NCBI GenBank assembly: GCA_964016885.1
Contig: OZ024754.1
Location: 2,418,001-2,482,000 of the forward strand
DNA: 64,000 nucleotides
Direction of reading: 5' to 3'
Source: Eledone cirrhosa
Lineage: Eukaryota
Made by a program: the position numbers and the translations under genes. The notes beneath the pieces were generated by a model. It was not told the origin of the DNA. It worked only from the letters and a program-made list of their open reading frames with translations, and did no database searches. This document shows, piece after piece, positions 29,845 through 44,553 of this stretch (positions within the stretch are counted from its first letter, which is position 1; each line of letters begins with the position of its first letter).

Positions 29845-30435
29845 AACTAACAAAAGGTAATCACTCTACATGGCTGAATACAATAAATATAATCTGAGTT
29901 TTCCGAATATTAATTAGATTCGTTTGCAATTATGCAAACAACCTCTTTTAAGCCATGTCAGTAGAATGAGCTCTTCATTCTTTCTCTTGTGTTGGCATGT
30001 AAACAGAACTGCAGACACTAATGTTTCTGGGTGATTACCCTTCATCGGTGCAGTTTACTGTTCACCTACCAACAGTCAAAGCTAGTGAAAATATTTATTT
30101 ACTAAAATATACAGTGACTGATCGGCCTGATTTCCATATTATCAGACAAACGCTTCTGTCGACCACTGTAAGAGGTTTATTTTTCAACATAGTCCCTCGA
30201 AAGACACATTACAGTTATTAATAAGACTTGAAAGTAATTTTTGTGCCAAAGAACACGTTTGCGTGATTACATGACGTACACATCTACGTATATATGCATG
30301 TATTTACACATATATATATGCACATATGTATGTATGTTTGTATATATATATATATTCACGTGTTATTTCAGGGGATGAATAGACACACACACGTACACAT
30401 ATATCTATATATATATATATGTATGTATATCTATC

Positions 30436-30466
<31 letters not shown>

Positions 30467-30474
30467 ATATACCG

Positions 30475-30506
<32 letters not shown>

Positions 30507-31380
30507 TGTATGTATGTATGTATGTATGTATGTATGTATGTATGCATGCATGTATGCATGTATGTATGTATGTATGTATGTATGTATGTATGTATATATA
30601 TATCGGTTGTATTAAAAAGAATTAAAATGCAATTATATGGACTTCTCTTACATAAAACCATCATAAATGTAATTCTAGGTTTTTTTTCTTTCAAGAAAAA
30701 TAAAATTATTTTCCCTTCAATCTTAAATGAAACAAAAACACAAACTCAGAGATTTTAAATTTACATTAAATCTTTTCAATGCGACACACCCTCTAACTCA
30801 CACACACATATATGCACAGTTATATAGCATATATATATGTATTTATATATGTGTGTGTATATATACATATATACATATATACGTATATATACACACACAT
30901 ATATTTCTATTTGTCAGTGTGTGAGTTTATACAAATGAATATATGCATTTAGCGTACATGATTATACAGCTTTTACAAAATACAGAAGATATGTGCAAAA
31001 TACAGAAGATATATGCAACCGAATCTATGATGGCAACTGTGAAAATGCAACAAAAACCTTGCAACGTTTTATGTATCAAACCAACAACACCATTAACAGC
31101 AGAGTTGCAACAACAAATGTGAAAAAAAAAATGCAATGCAATGCAATACAATCTGCACAAAATGAACGAGCCTATTAGAGCGTATTTAATTTCAAACGAT
31201 TACCTCAACATATGTCTTATAAAAGAACATCAAGTAATGCAGAGACATCTCCACCCGAACAGAAATCCTATACAATTCTCCAAGACGAATGTCAAATAAA
31301 TGAATTGCTATGTGTTACTCATTATGTGAACTGCACGTGTGTGTATGTGCATCAGCGTCATTATGTGTGTGTGAGTGTAG

Positions 31381-31424
<44 letters not shown>

Positions 31425-31426
31425 TC

Positions 31427-31562
<136 letters not shown>

Positions 31563-31564
31563 TC

Positions 31565-31724
<160 letters not shown>

Positions 31725-31902
31725 TCTATGTATATATATATATATGCATCTATGTATATATATATATATAATATATATAATATATGCATCTATATATATG
31801 TATATATATATATATGCATCTATACATATATATGTATCTATATATATGTATATATATATATATATGCATCTATATATATGTATATATATATATATATATG
31901 CA

Positions 31903-31942
<40 letters not shown>

Positions 31943-32038
31943 TGTGTATATATATATATAGATGTGTATATATATATATATATGTGTGTGTATATATATA
32001 TGTATATATATATATTTATATATATATATATTTATATA

Positions 32039-32356
32039 GAACAAAAAAGATGGCGTAGGACAGAACAAAGGAGAGGCACAAAAACAAAGAAAAGAATCCC
32101 CAGTCACTGAAGAGGTCACATAATGTGTGACGAAAGAACTTTGACAATATATAAACAATCATCTGGTTGTGGAACCAGCCAACCAACCGGAAATTTATAA
32201 ATTCTTAAATTTATGAATTTATTATAATAAATTGAAGTAAAAGCAACTGGTGCGTGTGTTTCTTATTGGCAACATGACCCTCCCAAAGCATACAATATCG
32301 GTTTCAACACACGTTTTCAGATAAAGAATCTTGCTAAACAAATACTGAAACGAAAT
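32039..32356 (+). mobile_element. Penelope-like pseudo-LTR, family B, single copy
   Basis: It is homologous to the 35276-35625 and 53091-53585 elements, carries a hammerhead, and lies between (TA)n tracts. Confidence 0.65.
32103..32145 (+). ncRNA. Type I hammerhead ribozyme motif (PLE family B)
   Basis: GTCA CTGAAGA G GTCACA TAATG TGTGAC GAAA G AA C TT TGAC. Stem I is GTCA/TGAC and stem II is 6 bp. Confidence 0.7.
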
Positions 32357-32508
32357 ATATTTATATATATATATATATATATATATACATGCATCTATAT
32401 ATATGGATATGTATATATATATATATATACATGCATCTATATATATGTATATATACATATCTATATATACATATATATATAGATGCATGTATATATATAT
32501 ATATATGG

Positions 32509-32539
<31 letters not shown>

Positions 32540-32617
32540 CATGCATCTATATATATGTATATACATATGTAAATATACACATATATATATATGTATACAT
32601 TAATCTATATATGTATG

Positions 32618-32649
<32 letters not shown>

Positions 32650-32653
32650 TATA

Positions 32654-32695
<42 letters not shown>

Positions 32696-32770
32696 GTGTG
32701 TGTGTGTGTGTCTGATGGTAGCTAAGATGCTTCCATAGTTCAGATGCACCACTGATTTTTCGTTTTCTAT

Positions 32771-32801
<31 letters not shown>

Positions 32802-32820
32802 GTATATATAAACATGCATG

Positions 32821-32863
<43 letters not shown>

Positions 32864-32976
32864 GTATATATAAACATGCATGTGTGCATGTATACGTTTG
32901 TGTACGATGCAGAAATAAATGCTTATTTCATGTTATTTGAATGAATTTCAATGTTTATAGCATCTGGTTCCCATAT

Positions 32977-33018
<42 letters not shown>

Positions 33019-33039
33019 CCCCTCTCTCCCCCTCTCTCT

Positions 33040-33059
33040 CTCTCTACTGATATATGTTG

Positions 33060-33090
<31 letters not shown>

Positions 33091-33251
33091 ATATATGTTC
33101 TCTCTCTCTCTCTCTCTCTCTCTACTGATACATGTTATCTCTTTCTCTCGCTACTGATATATGTTCTCTCTCTCTCTCTCTCTCTACTAATATATGTTCT
33201 CTCTCTCTCTCTACTGATATATGTTCTCTCTTTCTCTCTCTACTGATATAT

Positions 33252-33303
<52 letters not shown>

Positions 33304-33310
33304 GGTATAT
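33040..33310. repeat. Compound minisatellite (CT)n-actgatatatgtt
   Basis: About 8 units. Confidence 0.85.
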
Positions 33311-33445
33311 CTTGAATTAGTGGTGCTGTTCATTGTTTCGGTATTGTTGATGTGGAAATATTTGATGGAAGTCTTCACGTTCTTCAACTCCACTTCAATT
33401 TTAATCTGTTTAAGCTGAAACTATCAACATTATTTGGGAGTTCAA

Positions 33446-33588
33446 GGGCAGTGGATTGGCAGTATCAGTAGAGGGTCGGACATCATGCTTTGCAGCATAG
33501 AGTTACGGCCCTGTATAATCAAAGTTCAAATCCCGCCGAGGTTAACTTTGCCTGTCATCCTTACGGGGTCAGTAAAATAAAGTACCAA
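33446..33588 (+). mobile_element. SINE, 3'-truncated
   Basis: The head, B box and body are present, and it ends at aagtaccaa. Confidence 0.85.
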
Positions 33589-33832
33589 TATATATAGATA
33601 GAGCGCTCGTGATTTGTGAAAAACCACGAGCACTCTATCTCAAAATTATTTTTAAAAACCATAAGAAATGCGCAACCGGTAAAAACTTAAAACTAAATAC
33701 TAACTAATACTTATTACTAATTTATACTTATTCCTAATTAAACTATTTTTCACTGGGAAAAATTTGTCAGCATTTTCTTTTCCTTTTTACTAATATATCA
33801 CAACTCGTGTGTCACACCTCTATTTTTTTTAA

Positions 33833-33934
<102 letters not shown>

Positions 33935-34230
33935 AATTTAATCAACTCTTAGCTATATAGTAACGCCATAACTGTTACATCGTATGACGGCTTCTAACAT
34001 TTAATGATTTCCAATCTTAATTATGATGGCGTAAAATTACTCCTTAAGCATTAAAGAACTTCTTAAACGTTAGACGAGAACTTCAATCATTATTATCATG
34101 TTGGTAAATGTAAAAAGAAAGCCAATTTAGTTTTAATTGAATAACGCTTTTAATTACTTTTACACAAGTTATTAATGTTATGCATTATTTGTCAAGAGCC
34201 CTACGTATGTATGTATGTATGTATGTATGT

Positions 34231-34778
34231 CTCTTTCTCTTAATTTCGAGTATATTTTTTTGACCGGCCACCTTCCTGGTGGCAAGGATGTAAAAGAAAA
34301 GAAATTGTTATCCCTTGAATCGCAAGAATGTGTTGCAAATTTTGAAGATACCAGCTATCGCAGCCATTTGTAGACTATGAATTAGGGAGCTGCGCTTTTT
34401 GTCCGCAAATCCAAGTTCAGTCATACTTTGGTCCAAGCAGGTTGGTATATAACCCGTAGCTCCAATAATGATGGGTATGAAGCTAAAGGTGTATCTTGGA
34501 TACTGGATTTGTAAACTCCTCATCAATGGTCCGTAGATGTCCTCCTTCTCCTGTATTTTTCTGACAACGTTTACCACAAGTGGGCAGCTGATCTCCAAAA
34601 CAGAACACGTTTTCAATGTGTGGTCCCAAACAACAATATCAGGCCGGTTGTGCTTTAATTTGGTGGCAGTTTTTATTTTCAGGTTCCACCAGTATTCCTT
34701 AGTGTCATCTGTCTCAATATATTCTTCCTCGTTTGTTGTTAATTTTGTTTTCCGAAGTGCGTTCCAGATGGTTCTAGC
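34231..34778 (-). mobile_element. 5'-truncated R4/Dong-like non-LTR retrotransposon: restriction-like endonuclease C-terminus plus 3' UTR
   Basis: The open frame 34308-34778 reads ...WWNLKIKTATKLKHNRPDIVVWDHTLKTCSVLEISCP...KIQEKEDIYGPL...IPIIIGATG, matching the RPD..E..K RLE motif. It is flanked on both sides by (TATG)n. Confidence 0.85.
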
Positions 34779-34875
34779 TATGTATGTATGTATGTATGTA
34801 TGTATGTATGTATGTATGTATGTATGTATGTATGTATGTATGTATGTATGTATGTATGTATGTGTGTATGTATGT

Positions 34876-35097
34876 AGGCATTGCTTTATATCTGGAGATC
34901 TCTCTGCACTTGTCGTCACATGGTACCATGGGCCCAGCACTATGTGTCAATAATTGTCACAAGTGTAGTGTTTGTACCAGCGTTTTCAAGTCGCTGGCTG
35001 GACTAAAAAGTCACACTCGTTCAGCGCATCGGTAAGGGTTCTGCTACATGGATATAAAGTAGTGGCCGTACTCGAAAACGAGTTGGCAGCCACCATG
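34876..35097 (+). mobile_element. RTE-like retroelement 3' end with a C2H2-like C-terminus (HKCSVCTSVFKSLAGLKSHTRSAHR*)
   Basis: The terminal CxxC...H...H motif is typical of RTE-clade ORF ends. It has a short 3' tail into a microsatellite and a near-identical inverted copy at 53822-54040. Confidence 0.65.
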
Positions 35098-35275
35098 TAT
35101 GTATGAATATGTTCGTGTGTATGTATACAAAAATAAATACACACAGATCTGTATTGTCTTTCTTCCTCTCTTTATTTGTATATATATATGTGTATTAATG
35201 TGTGTGTGTGTATACATCGATGCATGTGTGTATGTGTGTGCGTCGATATGTGTGTGTGTACATATATATATATAT

Positions 35276-35617
35276 CGTTTCTGAATTTGTTTAGCAAGAT
35301 TCTTTATCTGAAAACGTGTATTGAAACCGATATTGTTATACTTTGGGAGGGTCATGTTGCCAATAAGAAACACACGCACCAGTTGCTTTCACTTCAATTT
35401 ATTATAGATTAAATTATAAATTTTAAAAAAAATTATAAATTTCCGGTTGGTTGTGACGAAAGAACTTTGACAATATATAAACAACCATCTGGTTGTGGAA
35501 CCAACCAACCAACCGGAAATTTATAAATTCCTAAATTTATAAATGTATTATAATAAATTGAAGTGAAAGCAACTGGTGCGTGTGTTTCTTATTGGCAACA
35601 TGACCCTCCCAAAGTAT

Positions 35618-35625
<8 letters not shown>
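35276..35625. mobile_element. Penelope-like family B, inverted-repeat arrangement
   Basis: The arms 35330-35452 and about 35500-35625 are reverse complements. The plus arm starts at tgtgacgaaagaac, inside hammerhead stem II. It is flanked by (TA)n. Confidence 0.7.
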
Positions 35626-35698
<73 letters not shown>

Positions 35699-35849
35699 TA
35701 ACAGATTAAAGTTTAAGCAAAGATTCGCTGCTCTACGGTTCTTATATATTTGATATATATTTATCCTTATCGAGCCTTCTTTGGATTTCAGTCTTCAAAT
35801 TTATTATTATTACTATATATATATATACATATATATGTATTATATATGG

Positions 35850-35910
<61 letters not shown>

Positions 35911-37597
35911 GATTAAACTACCTCACATGTAGCGAATCGGCAGCACTGAGGTTTCCAAATCTACATCCTAATATGTAACGTATACCATTTCTAGATGATT
36001 CTGGTGATAGGTCGAAACGTCTGTTTTTAATCTGACTTCACCACTTATGAGGTAAATAGTCTAATACATTATCTACTTAGACATCTCATCACTATGCCTA
36101 ACTGAAACAATGTGTTTACTTGGTGTTTACTTAGGTGTCTTTACGTCAGAGTTAGTTTTATTTCCCTCCACCCCACCCCTCCTATATTGCTCTAGAGAAT
36201 CGATATAAATAATTACTACTAATCCACTGGGGTCGATTATATTCGACTATAACCGTTACTGAAAGTGTGTGGCTTCGTAAGCAATGTTAAAACTCATTAT
36301 TGTTAAACGTTCAAGTTAAGATAACAATGAATCCATTACAAAGAGCTTCAAGTATAAATTAATTAACGCTTCTGTATCATTAAAAATTAATTAGGGAGCG
36401 TTTTCATTCCATTCTTAGCTGAATTGAAAAACCATTGTCATGCACAGCTGAATGATATCAAACATGATATGAAGGAAATTAAACAATAAACTTTATCTAC
36501 TTTATTATTGAGTGAATTTGCGGATAAAAAATGTTTCCGATACACAAGTTGATTACATAAAAACAATAACCACACAGAATTGAGCCAACAAAGGTCCTGT
36601 GTGTGGTCATTTGGTGTGCTAATAATAGCAGTGATGTTCGCCTAATTCTCACTCTATCATCTACAAATATGAAGTAAATAGTGTATAATGTAGTCCTACT
36701 ACATTACACAATACAGATATATGATGTGAAACTAACAACAGATGTGATGGTCCTGGATAGAATCGATTTAATCATCTTTATTTGACCAGGTCTAACTTAG
36801 TTTTCTTGATCAGGGCTGACCTTCTCTGAATAAGAGACATCCATGGCATATGTGTTCATCTGCTGTTCCTTAACAACAGCTCTGGACGAAGCAGTGCCTC
36901 AGCTCTAAATGTACCGAAATGGTCTTTTATGAAAGAATCAAATTTTATGAAGAATTTTCAACTCCACCCAAAAGAAAAATGAGAGTTTTTTATCCATTAT
37001 TTTCATTTTCTGGCCTGTTGTGATCTTAACGCGTGCGACCTCTACAAATATACAAGAATAAGAATATACAAATAATAGGGGGACAAACAAACAAAACAGC
37101 GCAGTTATATTCCGAAGAACCGCCCTGCAATAAGAATAAATAAATTTTATTCCTTCCAAATTCGTCCACGTCCACACTGAACTAATCTGAATTCTACAAA
37201 TGTCTTGGCATTACTAAAAATAGCAATAACACTTGAACTGGACAGATTCAAGTTCAGTAATATAAATTTAAATGAAGGACAACAGCTGTCTGTTTCACTG
37301 ACGTACAGTAGATTACTGAAACATGTATGCAAACTTTCATTGATTAAAAAATCGATTAACCATGTCATTAGTTGTTTGATTTTAAAATTCTATAAATGAA
37401 GTGAATAAAGGAAAATTGAGTGATCGACAAACGGATTGCCTTGAGTCAGGATGTAGACATGAACTTATTCTTGGCTGCTACTACATCCGAGCAGTCTGTG
37501 AGAAAGGCATTAAAGATAACTTAATAACTGAGGCTGCATTATAACAAAAACAGAAATCAAAAGTATACAATTCGTACCGAAAAATAGGAATTAAATA

Positions 37598-37662
<65 letters not shown>

Positions 37663-38025
37663 GGAAATATATATACATACATATATATATAGGAAATAAA
37701 GTTTGGTGGATCGCATGCGGTATCTGACGACACTGACCGGAAATAAACTGAAGCATATCCTCGTTATTTCTGTTGCTTGTGTCCATAAAGTAAGTTATTA
37801 CTCTCGTAATATGAAGTATGTTTAGTAAATTTAAAAAAGATATCCCCTACAACCCTCTCAGAAATAAGTGCCCGAAGATGAAGAGAGAGCAAGAGATCAT
37901 ATATATATGTGTATATATATATATAAATATTTATATTATATTTTTTAATTTTGATTAATTTTAATTGTATATTAATTTTGATTTATTTTGAAAAATTGGT
38001 TGAATTTTACTTGTTCTGCTTATCT

Positions 38026-38085
<60 letters not shown>

Positions 38086-38091
<6 letters not shown>

Positions 38092-38368
38092 ATACTTGGG
38101 GAGGGTTTGTGTCTATATTGTATTTGTCTTTGTGTCTATAATGTATCCGTATTTTTGACCGTTTGGTCAGTCAATGGCAACATTGAGGACCGAATAAATT
38201 AAATTAAATTAACCGATATAAAAGACACAGAAGCGAAAAGCGAAAACCAACCAAACAGTGACTGTGTTCTGTTATTAATTCTGGCAATATTATTACACAA
38301 ATATGACCCTCCCCAAGTATAACAATATTTGTTTCGACACACGATTTCATATCAAAAACCTCGCAAAA

Positions 38369-38372
<4 letters not shown>
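38086..38372. mobile_element. Diverged relative of PLE family B with a short inverted arm
   Basis: attgttatacttggggagggt pairs as an inverted repeat with accctccccaagtataacaat. The tail tttcgacacacgatttcatat resembles the family B end, and it lies between (TA)n tracts. Confidence 0.45.
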
Positions 38373-38430
<58 letters not shown>

Positions 38431-39652
38431 TCGTTCTCGCTCTGCAATACCTATGAAATCATAGAATCTATAAAAATAATTGTTTCTACTTTTGGCACAA
38501 GGCCCAAGAAGAACTGTACATAGAAGAACTGTACATATGTATGTATGTATGAATATATGTATGTACGTACGTACGTATGTATGTATGTTTGTACATATGT
38601 ATGTATGTATCTATGTATGAATATATGTATGTACGTACATATGTACGTATGTATATATGTATGTATGTATCTATGTATGAATATATGTATGTTCGTACAT
38701 ATGTACGTATGTATATATGTATGTATGTTTGTACATATGTATGTAACTGTTAAATCCTTCCACTGAGATCTACACCATGGACTTGAACTACAGATTGCTA
38801 TTTACGGAAAGCAGTCACTAGCCCACACAGAGGTCCAAGATGCAATGAACCAACGTGGTATTAACTTGAAACCGTAGTAATATACTACATTACTATATTA
38901 GACACGTGCCTAACATTTTAAGGATACATTTAAAGCAGTCACTCCTCCCAGATAAGACATTCCCTTCAGATAAGACTCTTTGATGTGAGTTTGTACAGAT
39001 TAATAATAACCACACCTAAATAGTTTCATCTTATCTGAGTCAAATACGTGAAGTCAGTCATTGAACACCTACATGATTATTTAAACCTGCTAGAAATAGC
39101 AACCAATTTTCCTACATTTGAAGAAAAAAAACTGAAAGGATCTTTATATAATACTAGCAGAAAAATCACCCTATGGGTGGTTTTCTGCTAGCATGTGTAG
39201 TGTGTATATTGATATTATACACAAATATATATGCATGTAAATATGATACATCAAATAAAATCGTAATTGACAATATACACAGAGATTGAACAAAGCCTAT
39301 GTTACACTGTCTTCTGTAATCGGTAATCCATGATATATTAAAAAAAAAAGACGACATTATATATAAACTGCATTAGGAGAAAATTAGCGACGGAAATATA
39401 TGCGATATTTTTATAACTGTTATAATATAACGGCCGCTAACCGGAAGTGGAATTGCTGGCCTTGTGCCAAAAAGTAGAAACAATTATTTATTGAAAGTAA
39501 TCCAACTTATTTTACAAACAGGGTAAAAAAAAAATATTCTGGACGCAATCCCTCAGACCTTCCTTTATTATAGTTAAGATAAATATGCACACATCATGCT
39601 TGCATAAGTAAAATACAACTCGAATGTTTTGGCCCAGAAATATAAATTTGCG

Positions 39653-39685
<33 letters not shown>

Positions 39686-40524
39686 GCAGAAACATCAACA
39701 AGAACCGCAGTATGTTTGAGGACATACACAGTATTTGAGTATATTAAATATTTCTCTTATCATCAAAGAGAAAAAATAAGGAAACATAAAGATGATAGAT
39801 TTTTTTTTTATGTATGCGTTCCTCATTTCTCGTTTTATGTCTATCTTAAACTGATCTGCTGTCACTAATATTGTCACCCTTTGGTAGAGTTATATCTATG
39901 AGATCATCTGCAATATTAAGTAACGTAATAATATTTTTATTAATAATTTTAAAGTCAACACATTGAAATATTGAAACATATGTTGTTATTTTTTTTTCTT
40001 CCTGGTACAGCTGTAAAATGAATTTTATGTTCATAACATTGAGCTTACATTAGTTAAGGGCGGGGGTGAGGAGGAGGAGGAGGGTGAGAAGGAGAAGGAG
40101 AAGAAGAAAGAGAAGAAGAAGAAGAAGAAGAAGAAGAAGAAGAAGAAGAAGAAGAAGAAGAAGAAGAAATGGCCTCTAATAAATGAATAACACCTAGATC
40201 GTTTAATCATTCAATTTAATCTAATGAAATAACAAACACAGTTTAACAGATGTTCACTGGACTATTATTGTAGTTGGTCCTACGTCGCAAACGACGATGA
40301 CTATTCTAGTTGTTTGCTCAACGAAAAGGTTTCTAGTCTTATAGTGTATGTATGGTCTCGTAACTCCTGATAGAGTGGTAGGGGCCCCGTATTGATATAT
40401 GGAGTTTCTTGGACTTTATAAAGCCTGGCGGAGCCCATCCCTGTCCAGGCCTGAATACAGCAGATATCTTCCAGAGAAAGATAGAAAGAGAGAGAGAGGA
40501 AATGAGAAAGAGATGTAGAGGAAG

Positions 40525-40666
40525 AATCGACCCCAGTATTGGACAGTATCGACCTCGAAAGGATGAAAAGCAAAGTTGACCTCGGGTGGATTTGAACTCA
40601 AACAGCAGAGAGCCGCAACGAACACCGCATTCTATCAGACGTTCTAACAACTCTGCCAATTCGCCG
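40525..40666 (-). mobile_element. Diverged SINE of the same superfamily
   Basis: It contains ggatgaaaagcaaagttgacctcgggtggatttgaactc and a head-like ctgccaattcgccgc. Confidence 0.7.
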
Positions 40667-40923
40667 CTTCTGGTCTTACATTACACCTCATAAAAAAAAG
40701 AGGGAATGGTCACGGCAGGAATGCCGTAGGTGATATGTCTATACTCGACAAAACTAGCACGTGCAACATGCATCACGTGAGGTATTGTACATTTATCCAG
40801 CGTTCTAATTGCTTGGCATTACAAAATATTTGCGTGCGTGCGTATGTCTTTGTGTGTCTGTGTGTGTGTGTGTGTTTCTATGTCTGTGTAAGTGTCTGTG
40901 TGTTTCTGTGTGTGTCTTTGTGA

Positions 40924-41034
<111 letters not shown>

Positions 41035-41636
41035 GTTGTCGTTTTTTTCCGTTTAATTTTATTAATTTTGTTTTGTGTTTCATCTGTCATTGTTACCGAG
41101 CTCAAAGAATTTCGCGCTTGAAACCCCCCTCCACCCCCCAAAAACCTCCAACAACAAACACTAAAATAATGATGTAATATATCCAGTAGTTATTTTCTGC
41201 AGCTGCCTAGACATGTTTCATGAATGTGGAAGAAACCTACAGGAAAATATAAGAACTATGTTTGACTGACGTTGAAATAGATATGGAAATGTTCAAGAAT
41301 TTCTACAAGTCTATATTCTCATTGTGGGGACAAAACGAGTTCCTTACATTGTAAACCTTTGAACGTTTGTTAACCTAAGTGTATGTTTATATATGTGTAT
41401 GTCTATATATGTGCAGTAGGGGACTGGTTTTAAAAATATTGGTTGCCAGAAGATGAAGGGGGCCCACCTACATATAGAATGCTATCATTTAATTTTATAA
41501 TGAATAAATAATATTTTCGAAAAATACATACATATATATACATTATTTGTCTGTTAAAATAATCAAATTAAATTAATTCAACAGTTAAACACACATAGGA
41601 ATAATAGGTTGTTACCAAAGGGCCAGAAGATTGACC

Positions 41637-42093
41637 AGAAGTCGACCCTAAATAATACTAATAGCTCTAGGAAAGCCATGAACGCCGCCACATCTTTTTA
41701 ATTTTGATTTTGAAAGTAGGTTTATATTTATCAATTTTCATTACACTTTTGTAGCTGTCTCGGTGGCCTAGTTGGAGAGATTATACAAGGTGGTGAGACT
41801 GGTTGGAAGTTCGATCCTGGTCGGGAGTAGGGTTCCCGGTAAACCTTTTCGGTTTTTTTCTATGGGATATAAAATAAAAACTGAAAAAGGTTCCATATAC
41901 CTCTTGACCAGGATTGAACCCGATACCGGGATCTCCACCGTCTCTAGTACTTACCGCTAGGCCACAGAGGCAACTACGAAAGCCTTTTGAAAATTCATAC
42001 TTATAAACCTACTTTCAAAATTTTCAAACCAAAGTGTTGTGGTGCCGTACATGCCTTTCTTAATGTTATTTCTCCTACTTAAGGTCGACTTCT
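41637..42093. mobile_element. Fold-back (MITE-like) element with two convergent tRNA-like units
   Basis: The ends are agaagtcgaccctaa / ttaaggtcgacttct, with internal mirrored blocks (ttttgaaagtaggttt / aaacctactttcaaaa). Each arm has an A box TGGCCTAG and a B box GTTCRATCC. Confidence 0.6.
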
Positions 42094-42890
42094 AAATCAT
42101 TCGGGTGTCCCATAAAAATAGTTTGTTAAGCTTTCCTCTTGAAAAATTGTTTTGTTTTGATTTCGTTCGTTGTCTTATCCTTCTTTGTCAATTTTATGGT
42201 ATATATACATATGTGTGTATGTGTGTGTGAGTGTGAGTGTGAGTGTGTGCGTGTGTGTGTGTGTGTCTATACACAGAAGGGGTAAATAAAACATACAACA
42301 TATTGCTTGATTTATTTCTCAAACACGCTTGCTATTCACATGAAAAACGATAGTTATGTTGGTTTTAACTTACTTAATATAGTGAGTATCAAAAATCTAA
42401 TTAAAATTACTGATGCGATGAGCAAAGGACAATATTTTCTTAATGAAATATATCACTTTCCTCATTTCGTAAAATACGGGAGGAAATCTGAACATGTACC
42501 AGCCTTTTATGACCTCTTCAGCAAATCATTCACTTTGATGAGTGGAAATCGTGACAAGAAGTTTACTCAGTTTATGAAGCATATTTACAACACGAACAAC
42601 TTTTAATCCGTTATTTTAGTTACTCAGTTGCACGAGGCCCATGGTGTACAAAGGTAACATTTATGTTAATAGATAGAGAGATGGATAGATAGATAGATAG
42701 ATAGATAGATATATAGATAGATACATAGATGGATGGATAGATAGATAGATGTATAGATAGATAGAGAGATATACGGTCAACCGAGGTGAGTAATTTAGAA
42801 TATGACGTGTACTTTGGAATAAATGTGCATTTCTGATTTGTTTGTGTGTGCGTGTATAAACATATGTATATATACATATATAATCACACG

Positions 42891-42931
<41 letters not shown>

Positions 42932-43364
42932 GACATATATGCGTGTGTATATATGCTGTGATTATAATCATCTGTTTCTACAAATGTCACATTTGTCAGT
43001 ATTCAGTTAGTTTCAATGTTTCTTTATGACTTTCTGTGTGAATGCGAATCAGATGAGAGAGAGAGACTGGGGGAGGGGGGAGAGAGAGGGGGGAGACTGT
43101 GGGTGAGAGAGTGACTGGGGAAAGAGAGACAGAGACAGAGAGAGAGAGTGAATGTGGGTGAGAGAGTGACTGGGGGGAGTGAGACAGAGAGAGAAAGAGG
43201 GAGAGAGTGACTGTGGGCGAGAGAGACTGTGGGTGAGAAAGTGCCTGGGGAGGAAGAGAGAGAGAGTGACTGAGTGAGAGAGAGACTGGGGGAGAGAGTG
43301 AGGGTGAAGACACATACTTCATAGTCTCTCCCTCATTCACTCGCTTTATCATTTCTACTTCCCA

Positions 43365-43451
<87 letters not shown>

Positions 43452-43599
43452 ATACATACATATGTATATTATTATACAAATATACATACATGTTTTTATG
43501 TATAAACACGTGTGCTAAACGCTATATTGACACACACTGACTCACACACATGTATATAATATATATAATCACATGCATACTTGTATACACATGTATGAA

Positions 43600-43648
<49 letters not shown>

Positions 43649-43703
43649 ATACATATATATGTATATATATACATATGTATGTATATATTTAAACATATGT
43701 CAA

Positions 43704-43771
<68 letters not shown>

Positions 43772-43790
43772 AACATATGTCAATATATAC

Positions 43791-43881
<91 letters not shown>

Positions 43882-44522
43882 GCTTTACATAGAAAGTGAG
43901 AAGCTATATTGCCGATTACTTTGTTTAAAAAGCTTATGTGTGAACTGTAATTTTCAAGTGGAGTGAACAGAATCTGCCTTCATTCAAGGGTGGTCCAGAT
44001 GTACAACAAATGTTGACTCTTTTCACAGAAGAGCTACAGATGAGGTTTTGGTTGTTGTTGTTTTTTCGTACGTACACACACACAGAATGACAAGGACATA
44101 CAGACACACGTAGTATGTTTGTTAATTCATCTTTCTTTCCTTCTTACCTTCTCTTATTTTCGTTTCTCACATACTCTTTGTTTTTAATCTAATAAATGCG
44201 TGAAAACAAAACAGTAAAAATATATACAACATATGATGGACAGTTAAAAGTAAGGTGAAAAAAGAAAATAAAAGAAATCGGTGGAATGAAAGCGATTGAA
44301 AGAAATCAAAGAGATAACTAGAAAGAAAAAAGTCGAGATGAGAGGCGGGCATTAGTAAAAGATGAGAATGAATGAGGTGCAAGTTAGTGAAGATGTGAGG
44401 GACAGGGAAAGAAAAGAGAGAGGGGGGGGAGAGAGTGAAAGGAGATGTAGATAGAGAAGAATGTTTAGTGAACGATGAGAGAGGGAGAGAGAGGTAAGTG
44501 TCAGTAAAAGATGAGTAAGTTT

Positions 44523-44553
<31 letters not shown>

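Noticed and set aside
31203-31266. Minus-strand [12 protein letters not shown] kinase-like peptide with AG/GT ends
   Set aside because: That frame hits a stop before the donor. The alternative open frame is not phase-compatible with the 42-nt exon and is unrecognisable.
34308-34940. 210-aa ORF as a single protein
   Set aside because: It is a chimeric read-through of an antisense RTE tail, a (TACA)n tract and the R4/Dong fragment. Only 34308-34778 is genuine coding-derived sequence.
35985-36025. ctagatgattctggtgataggtcgaaacgtc, hammerhead-like
   Set aside because: GAAACGTC is present, but the core and stems are too degenerate and there is no second copy in the window.
39440-39449. ETS-like ACCGGAAGTG promoter motif
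   Set aside because: It is a single short motif abutting a SINE tail, with no other promoter evidence.
42620-42653. Plus-strand micro-exon YSVARGPWCTK (kringle-like GPWC)
   Set aside because: It is too short, has no supporting neighbouring exons, and is likely chance.
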